Shown: in pieces, positions 53,918 to 59,969 of the stretch | Numbering within the stretch: the first letter of the stretch is position 1 | Layout of the letters: the number at the start of each line of letters is the position of its first letter | DNA from: a virus | Lineage: Duplodnaviria > Caudoviricetes | Virus record (IMG/VR): IMGVR_UViG_3300032330_001114 | Location: 1-59,969 of that record | DNA: 59,969 nucleotides | Strand: one strand, 5' to 3' | Program-made: the position numbers and the translations under genes | The notes under the pieces: generated by a model | The model's database searches: none | What the model was told of the DNA's origin: nothing | The model's input: only the letters and a program-made list of their open reading frames with translations

Positions 53918-55189
53918 ATGCTACATGTAAGCAAGAGTTTCAGGAAGTTCCTGAACGACAGCGACAACAGAGTCGCTTATTTTCTAATGCGAGCCATCTA
54001 CTACGAAGGGTGGGGGTACAAAGCACATCGACTCATGGTTAAGACAGACGAGGTTAACTACCTCACGCTACGAGATGACGGCACAATTAGTTATCTACCT
54101 AAGGGTAAGGAGCACAAACTTACTGACGATGGTCGGTGGGCAAGGGATGGCAGACAGAATGGTACGGCAGGCAAGATTATCAAGAAGGTACTAACGCCTC
54201 GTGCTATCAAGTTATTCAAAGAGGTTGAGTTCACAAACTTTGTCAATCAGTACAAAGCAGCGTGTGACGCTGAGTGCAAAGAGTTTATCATACGTCCGAA
54301 CATTGACATTCCCAACATCTATTGTATGAATAGAGAGGAGGGGCATGCAGGTCTCAACGACTCATGCATGAATGGGGATGAGGAATACTTAGAAATTTAC
54401 AAACACTGCCCACATGTACGCATCCTTACAATGATGAACAAAGAGGGGCGATTGGCAGGTCGGGCACTGCTATGGAACACCGAGGACGGTGTGCTCATGG
54501 ACAGAGTGTATGTGGCAAAGGAGCACTACTATGACATGTTCGTAGAGTATGCTGAGACCAATGGGTTCATCCGCAAGGTCGAGTACAAATCGTATCGGGA
54601 CAAGGATAGGTATGTGAAGGAGGGAAATGTGTACAGAAAAGCGTACAAGATTGCCACTCCTACTGAGTTTGACTACTATCCATACATCGACACGTTCACG
54701 TATGGTGGCGATGGCTTTCTATGTAACGACAACTCTTTCTCAGGTATTCAGTATGAGTATTGTCAAACCGGAGGCACGAGGGATGGCGATGACTACGAAG
54801 AGTGTGCAGCGACGGGAGCAAGATACCATACTGATGACCTTAGGTACATAGAGCGTGGTAGGTATGCAGGAGAGAGTATTCACTACGAGTTGGCTGTGTA
54901 TTGTGAGACCGATAGGAACTACTACCATGAGGATGACGGCAACTTGATATACTTAGAAAGCAGAGGGGCACACTATCGAGCAGATGACGATGACATAGTA
55001 GAGATTGACGGAGACTACTACCATAAAGACTACGACGATGTAAAGTATTCTAATTGGACAGGAGAGTATCACTTAGGCGATGACGTTATATGGTGCGACC
55101 ATCATGACGATTACATACTTCGTGAGGATGCAGTGCAAACACCTGATGGAGGTGTATTCCATAAGGATGACATAACAAGCGTAGACTAA
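53918..55189 (+). CDS. Conserved hypothetical protein with acidic Cys/His/Tyr repeat tail
   Basis: SCM..GRALLW..MDRVY and YPYIDTF motifs; ~20-aa D/Y/H-rich repeats at C-terminus. Confidence 0.75.
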   Translation: MLHVSKSFRKFLNDSDNRVAYFLMRAIYYEGWGYKAHRLMVKTDEVNYLTLRDDGTISYLPKGKEHKLTDDGRWARDGRQNGTAGKIIKKVLTPRAIKLFKEVEFTNFVNQYKAACDAECKEFIIRPNIDIPNIYCMNREEGHAGLNDSCMNGDEEYLEIYKHCPHVRILTMMNKEGRLAGRALLWNTEDGVLMDRVYVAKEHYYDMFVEYAETNGFIRKVEYKSYRDKDRYVKEGNVYRKAYKIATPTEFDYYPYIDTFTYGGDGFLCNDNSFSGIQYEYCQTGGTRDGDDYEECAATGARYHTDDLRYIERGRYAGESIHYELAVYCETDRNYYHEDDGNLIYLESRGAHYRADDDDIVEIDGDYYHKDYDDVKYSNWTGEYHLGDDVIWCDHHDDYILREDAVQTPDGGVFHKDDITSVD

Positions 55190-55209
55190 TAACACATAAA
55201 ACAAATCAA

Positions 55210-56190
55210 ATGACAGAAAAATTAAAAGAGGTACTTAGTATCCAATCGGTCAGCCATGACCAATTCAGAATGTTTGCGTACATAGTACGCCAAGTCAAGC
55301 AGATACCCAACACCGTCATGTTCATTGACGATGGCAATCTGTATATCACAAAGGGTGACGCACCAACGTATCCGTGTATGGTAGCACACATGGATACGGT
55401 GCATGACATTACTGATGACTTGTTCCCATTGGAGTTCAATGGTATGATTACAGGCTTCGATCGAATTAACATGGAGCAGGTCGGTATCGGTGGCGATGAC
55501 AAGGTCGGTATCTTCATTGCACTTGAATGTCTCAGGGAGTTTGATGATATGAAGGTCGCGTTCTTCAGAGACGAGGAGGTAGGGTGCATGGGTAGTTATG
55601 GTGCACAGATGTCGTTCTTCGATGACTGCAGGTTTGTGCTTCAGTGCGATAGGCGTGGCAATAGTGACTTCATCATTGATGCGAGTGGAGTCGAGCTGAG
55701 TAGCAAATGCTTTCAGGATGACGTGCTCCCAATCATATCAAGCTATGGCTACAAGTTTGCCAATGGCATGATGACCGATGTCATGGCACTGAAAGAAAAT
55801 CAGATAGAGGTAAGCGTAGCTAACATATCGTGCGGCTATTACAATCCTCATTCGCCTCAAGAGTTCGTTGACATATTTGATGTGATGTCTTGCTTAGATA
55901 TGTGCAAAACTATCATCCGCTATTGTACCGACACGTACACGCACCGATACAAACCACGCTATGTTGCACCGGTTGCTCCGTATTCTAAATACGGCAAGCA
56001 CGCAAAAACAAACAAGTTTTGGGATTGGGGGGCACCCAAACAAACAAGTATATTTTGGGAAGAAGAAGAAATTAAAAAGACGCCCGTGGTAGATACGTAC
56101 TGCAAAGATTGTTGGAGAGAACAAGCGGTTACTGTAGACGGCTTATGTATGCAGTGTGAAAGTTGGTATTCAGATAACATGTTATGGTAA
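55210..56190 (+). CDS. M28/M20-family zinc peptidase
   Basis: VAHMDTV, GGDDKVG, DEEVG..GS, QCDRRG, YYNPH; C-terminal CxxC..CxxC. Confidence 0.85.
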   Translation: MTEKLKEVLSIQSVSHDQFRMFAYIVRQVKQIPNTVMFIDDGNLYITKGDAPTYPCMVAHMDTVHDITDDLFPLEFNGMITGFDRINMEQVGIGGDDKVGIFIALECLREFDDMKVAFFRDEEVGCMGSYGAQMSFFDDCRFVLQCDRRGNSDFIIDASGVELSSKCFQDDVLPIISSYGYKFANGMMTDVMALKENQIEVSVANISCGYYNPHSPQEFVDIFDVMSCLDMCKTIIRYCTDTYTHRYKPRYVAPVAPYSKYGKHAKTNKFWDWGAPKQTSIFWEEEEIKKTPVVDTYCKDCWREQAVTVDGLCMQCESWYSDNMLW

Positions 56191-56211
56191 ACAATTAAAA
56201 CAATTATACAA

Positions 56212-56349
56212 ATGAAAGAAAAATTAGTAGACAGAATTATTGAAGACTTGAAAGCAAATATATATGACTCAGAAGAGTATATATTCGACCTCGTAAGAGA
56301 GGCTCTCATGCAAAGAACTATTGATGACTTAAAAGAAATAAACAATTAA
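56212..56349 (+). CDS. Small acidic protein (45 aa)
   Basis: MKEKLVDRIIEDL..; fills gap, A-rich leader. Confidence 0.6.
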   Translation: MKEKLVDRIIEDLKANIYDSEEYIFDLVREALMQRTIDDLKEINN

Positions 56350-56361
56350 AATCAAATCAAT

Positions 56362-56610
56362 ATGACACTAAGCGAAACAATTCACGAGTACCTACATGAT
56401 TGGTACTGTGCAATGCCGATACCGGCACTAAATGAAATTCATCAGTTAACCCCAAATCATCTTTACATGGTACCAAACGACTCGTTTGATGATGAGTTAA
56501 ATGTTCTAAGAGATGAGTGGTATGAACTTGACTTAACAGAAAAGTTAGAGATACACGACAGATTACACGACAAATACGAATCATTCACAAATCAAATCAA
56601 ATTAAAATGA
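56362..56610 (+). CDS. Acidic hypothetical protein
   Basis: 82-aa ORF. Confidence 0.7.
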   Translation: MTLSETIHEYLHDWYCAMPIPALNEIHQLTPNHLYMVPNDSFDDELNVLRDEWYELDLTEKLEIHDRLHDKYESFTNQIKLK

Positions 56611-56717
56611 AAAAAACAATCCTGCTACTACTAATAGTAGCACTATGCTCATGCCGTTCAACATACCCGGCACAAAAAGGTATGGTATTAATAATCACAG
56701 ATAAACAATACAAATGA
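56607..56717 (+). CDS. Mini-lipoprotein (36 aa, not in ORF track)
   Basis: MKKTILLLLIVALCS-CRST..; ATGA-coupled on both sides. Confidence 0.65.
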   Translation: MKKTILLLLIVALCSCRSTYPAQKGMVLIITDKQYK

Positions 56718-56872
56718 CAAACAACATCTTTTACTTTGAAGATTGGATAATGACAATGCTATCAAATAGCGATTACTCGGAAATGGAGTTAATGGAGTTT
56801 GAGGAGCATTATCAAAATCTATTGAACTTCGAAACAAACACAAACAATTTCATAAAACTAAAAACAGATTAA
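56714..56872 (+). CDS. Small acidic protein (52 aa)
   Basis: MTNNIFYFEDW..; coupled to neighbours. Confidence 0.6.
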   Translation: MTNNIFYFEDWIMTMLSNSDYSEMELMEFEEHYQNLLNFETNTNNFIKLKTD

Positions 56873-56873
56873 C

Positions 56874-57395
56874 ATGTTAACAGACAATCAAAACAAATTA
56901 CTCGAGGACCTAAGAAGAGAGTTCTCGAAGATGAACACCCCCACTAAAGCAGTGGGGGGCGGACTAATCAACAGAGCAGAAATAGACAACAGACTAAACG
57001 AGTCGGCTAAACGAAAGGCTGAGTTGAATTGCATAACAGATGCTACAGAAAAGGCAGTATTAGAGTTGATGGACATAGACATGGAACGACTCAATTATGA
57101 CCTGATACCTATGGGTATTATTGCACAACGAAACGCAAACAATAAGTTCTTTGTACGTATAGATGGAATTGACAAGCAAGACCGAGACTTATACATACAG
57201 TTTCAGTACAGAATGGTCCGTGCATATGAGGACTTATCTGATAGGTCAGGTTGTACTTTCTACACTGGATTTCATAGCATAGAGTTTTCTGACTACAGAT
57301 TTGAATCTATTGATAAAGTGTGTCAGTACGATAGGTTCACAAGGAATATTGAAGACATGTATAAATTAATCAAAAATAAAAATAAATGCAAGTAA
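56874..57395 (+). CDS. Hypothetical protein
   Basis: 173-aa ORF. Confidence 0.7.
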   Translation: MLTDNQNKLLEDLRREFSKMNTPTKAVGGGLINRAEIDNRLNESAKRKAELNCITDATEKAVLELMDIDMERLNYDLIPMGIIAQRNANNKFFVRIDGIDKQDRDLYIQFQYRMVRAYEDLSDRSGCTFYTGFHSIEFSDYRFESIDKVCQYDRFTRNIEDMYKLIKNKNKCK

Positions 57396-57592
57396 CAAGA
57401 ACAAGTCAGTTATCAGGTGTGACACACACAATGGACTTAGACGTAACAAAAGAGCAACTCGATAGGTTTGAAGTAAGAAGAGAAACCGGAGAGTATATTC
57501 AAAACATTTTCAATAATCTATCCGCATCGGAAAGGGAGTTTATTCTATCGGGAATAACACCTGATGAGTGGAACAAAACTTTTAACATTTAA
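57386..57592 (+). CDS. Conserved hypothetical phage protein
   Basis: R.S.LSG..HTMDLDVT..IQ..F..LSA.EREFI.SGITP.EW. Confidence 0.75.
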   Translation: MQVTRTSQLSGVTHTMDLDVTKEQLDRFEVRRETGEYIQNIFNNLSASEREFILSGITPDEWNKTFNI

Positions 57593-57603
57593 AATTAAAC
57601 AAC

Positions 57604-57966
57604 ATGGGAAGATATTATTCAGGGGATATCGAAGGCAAGTTTTGGTTCGCTATCCAATCATCAAATGCAGCAGATCGTTTTGGTGTAACAGGAGAAACGC
57701 CAAGCACGTTGTGGTATTTCTTTGACGAATCTAACTTAGATGACATCAATGCAGAGATAAAAAACATTGAGGACAAGTTAGGATTCAAGAAGATTGTCAT
57801 AGACAAGTTCTTTGCAGACAACAACATGGGTTGGAGTGATGACAAGCTTAAGGAGGCACACATAACTAAGGCAGAGTTGGAAGACTATGCTGACTTAGAG
57901 TTAGGAAAGAAAATCAGAGACTGCGTAGTGGAGCAAGGCTCATGCAGTTTCGATGCAGAATGTTAA
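57604..57966 (+). CDS. Conserved hypothetical phage protein
   Basis: MGRYYSGDIEGKFWFAIQSS..YADLELG.KI..C..C.F.AE. Confidence 0.75.
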   Translation: MGRYYSGDIEGKFWFAIQSSNAADRFGVTGETPSTLWYFFDESNLDDINAEIKNIEDKLGFKKIVIDKFFADNNMGWSDDKLKEAHITKAELEDYADLELGKKIRDCVVEQGSCSFDAEC

Positions 57967-57984
57967 CAATTAAAACTATATACC

Positions 57985-58224
57985 ATGGTAACAAAAGCAA
58001 CACTTGCGATGCTCGAGATGACAATCATAGAAGATTACTTCGAGTACATTATTGACAGCCGTACTAACGGTCAGCATGAGCAATCTAAGGCGCTCTTCAG
58101 TGAGCTATCTGACAAGCAACAATCAGCGTTCTTTGATTGGGTAGAACAGACGTACTACTACGATGCTGATGACATGAGCGAGTACATAACCGAAATGCAG
58201 AACATTAAAAAATATTTCGAATGA
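57985..58224 (+). CDS. Acidic hypothetical protein
   Basis: DYFEYIIDSRTNGQ. Confidence 0.7.
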   Translation: MVTKATLAMLEMTIIEDYFEYIIDSRTNGQHEQSKALFSELSDKQQSAFFDWVEQTYYYDADDMSEYITEMQNIKKYFE

Positions 58225-58386
58225 GAAAACGTATAACGCCTAAGATTAAAGAGATACTGCAGTAATCATGCAATGAACTCAATTCGTGAGGATAATAAAA
58301 TCACTGATGCGTACAGAAGGTGCGTGTACAAAGGCTTTATGTATGTCCTAAAAGCTACACCTAATTTACTATTTTATAACAAATAA
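58221..58386 (+). pseudogene. Small gene apparently broken by a 1-nt insertion
   Basis: Removing A58254 joins MRKRITPKIKE to YCSNHAMNSIRED...NK (54 aa). Confidence 0.4.
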
Positions 58387-58398
58387 ACAATTACAAAA

Positions 58399-58647
58399 AT
58401 GACAATCGGAATTTACAAAATGACAATCGGAGACGGAAGTTCTCATTACTTTAAAGGCATTGATGACCTTAGAGACTTTGCAAAAGAAATCATACTTGAC
58501 TCATGGCCTACGGCTATGACTCTTGATGACTTAAAAGATGACAACAATGTTATCAAGTTTATAACCCAAGATTACGGAGAGAAGATAGAATTGCTTTTTG
58601 ATGTATCTATTAACGACTTTTTAAAACCAATCCCCCAATTAATCTAA
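58399..58647 (+). CDS. Hypothetical protein
   Basis: 82-aa ORF. Confidence 0.7.
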   Translation: MTIGIYKMTIGDGSSHYFKGIDDLRDFAKEIILDSWPTAMTLDDLKDDNNVIKFITQDYGEKIELLFDVSINDFLKPIPQLI

Positions 58648-58901
58648 TGGAACAAAAAGAAATCAGAGACATGCTCAGGCATGTAGAGACCTACCCACAG
58701 AGCGTGTTCAGTAGGTTTGTATTTAACAACAACAACAAAGCAGCCGACTTGATTGACTTTATGATGTGGGTGGAAGGCAACACTATTATGGTTGGCACCG
58801 ATGGCGGATGGGAACGCTATATGATAAACGCTGACAATTATCTGTTCAATCCGGAGACTTATGACACATTAGTAGAAAAATATTTAGCACAATTAAATTA
58901 A
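58647..58901 (+). CDS. Hypothetical protein
   Basis: 84-aa ORF, TAATG-coupled. Confidence 0.7.
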   Translation: MEQKEIRDMLRHVETYPQSVFSRFVFNNNNKAADLIDFMMWVEGNTIMVGTDGGWERYMINADNYLFNPETYDTLVEKYLAQLN

Positions 58902-58906
58902 ATCAA

Positions 58907-59137
58907 ATGAACATTTTTGAAATCCAAACAACATCAGACAGCGACAGCAACTTCTATCTACTTACTGACATCAACAGAATCACAATCGAATTAACAATCG
59001 AAAAGATGGTTCAAGGAGAAAGGGCAGAAGGTCCTAAGAAATTTTATTATAATGAAGACTACGTTGATAAACTCAGAGAATTGTTTCCAAAAGCAGTAAT
59101 CATTCAATACGACACAATACCATTAATTGAAATCTAA
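58907..59137 (+). CDS. Hypothetical protein
   Basis: 76-aa ORF. Confidence 0.7.
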   Translation: MNIFEIQTTSDSDSNFYLLTDINRITIELTIEKMVQGERAEGPKKFYYNEDYVDKLRELFPKAVIIQYDTIPLIEI

Positions 59138-59147
59138 ATTAAAGCAA

Positions 59148-59621
59148 ATGACATTACAAAAAGCAGAACAATTAGCCATCAAGCTGATGGAGAAACATGA
59201 GCTCAATCAAAAGGGTTGGAAGTTCAAATTTGATCAGGCAAAAAAGCGTTACGGATGCTGTATGCACTCACGAAGAATTATATCTTTGTCATCGCCACTG
59301 ACACAAATCAGGCAGGACGATAGGGTTAGAAATACGATATTGCATGAGATTGCACATGCACTTGTTGGACCGGGACATGGGCATGATGACGTGTGGAGAA
59401 GAAAAGCACTGGAGATTGGGTGTAATGGTCAGCGGTGCTCCAATGACGCAAGCATCAAAGGGAGTTGGGTAGGCGAGTGTCCCAATGGACATGTGTACTA
59501 CAAGCACCGAATGTCTAAGTCCCAAAAGTCTTGTGGTATATGCTATCCAAGCAAGTTCAATGAAAAGTATTTAATCACATTTAAAAAGAAAAAACATGAG
59601 CAACATCTTGTGCTGTCCTAA
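59148..59621 (+). CDS. SprT-like zinc metalloprotease
   Basis: KRYG.C..I.LS, TILHEIAHAL..GH...W, C-terminal CPNGH..CGIC. Confidence 0.9.
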   Translation: MTLQKAEQLAIKLMEKHELNQKGWKFKFDQAKKRYGCCMHSRRIISLSSPLTQIRQDDRVRNTILHEIAHALVGPGHGHDDVWRRKALEIGCNGQRCSNDASIKGSWVGECPNGHVYYKHRMSKSQKSCGICYPSKFNEKYLITFKKKKHEQHLVLS

Positions 59622-59969
59622 GTGCGGACAAAAAACTGTTCAGATAATCAGCCATGAGTACATGAGACTGAATGATTTTGAGTATCCGTTTCCTAAAAAA
59701 TTGTTTGGTAAGTTTCAATGCCTACAGATGCATTGCCACGAGGTATTCAATGCAATACTCGATGTAAGCTTTAAGCAAGAGGTTCATCCTCAGGAGGTGC
59801 TTAATGATGTAAGCAAAGCAATTATCTACCTGAAGAGCAAAGGGTACTACACTGACAACCTTTGGTGCATTGATGATGTGAAGATGGGTTATGAATGTAC
59901 TGATGAAGAAGCTATGAAGGTACTAGCAGATACATTCAATAACGATGCAACCTACAACACCATATGGGA
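59596..59969 (+). CDS. Hypothetical protein with N-terminal Zn-ribbon (3'-truncated by window)
   Basis: MSNILCCPKCG...C..HC, open to the window end. Confidence 0.65.
   Translation, partial: MSNILCCPKCGQKTVQIISHEYMRLNDFEYPFPKKLFGKFQCLQMHCHEVFNAILDVSFKQEVHPQEVLNDVSKAIIYLKSKGYYTDNLWCIDDVKMGYECTDEEAMKVLADTFNNDATYNTIW

Noticed and set aside
1-59969. Prophage or integrative element
   Set aside because: No integrase, att-like tRNA junction or host genes are visible; groEL/groES are embedded among phage genes

Overview
The window is most of the genome of a ~60+ kb AT-rich lytic-looking tailed phage of Bacteroidota (host inferred from repeated TAnnTTTG -7 promoter elements and A-rich, SD-less translation starts). 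It has a podovirus-type morphogenesis module distantly resembling crAss-related/Flavobacteriia phages. Two gene arms diverge from a patterned non-coding region at ~48.9-49.7 kb and converge at ~8.64 kb. The + arm holds early genes (49.7-60 kb: many small ORFs, two mini-lipoproteins, an M28 peptidase, SprT) and then replication genes (0-8.6 kb: exonuclease, SSB, primase-helicase, SNF2 helicase, HNH, VRR-NUC, DnaA-CTD-like). The - arm holds late genes: GroEL, GroES, small basic peptides, lysis, tail fibres, a second GroES-like protein, terminase, portal, scaffold, capsid, tail and a 2843-aa polyvalent virion protein. No DNA or RNA polymerase, integrase, CRISPR array or complete tRNA is visible. 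The most notable observations are: a T4-gene-32-like H-type pseudoknot in front of the SSB gene; a cassette-built ART/GNAT polyvalent protein with repeated linker motifs; a tandem family of small peptides sharing a selected PL[SA][AT]TP motif; two copies of an ori-like element with IHF boxes; a recurring 15-17 bp early-region palindrome, one copy inside a D-arm-less tRNA-like fold; and strong CCWGG/CCAG avoidance. All family assignments come from motif recognition by eye, not database searches.
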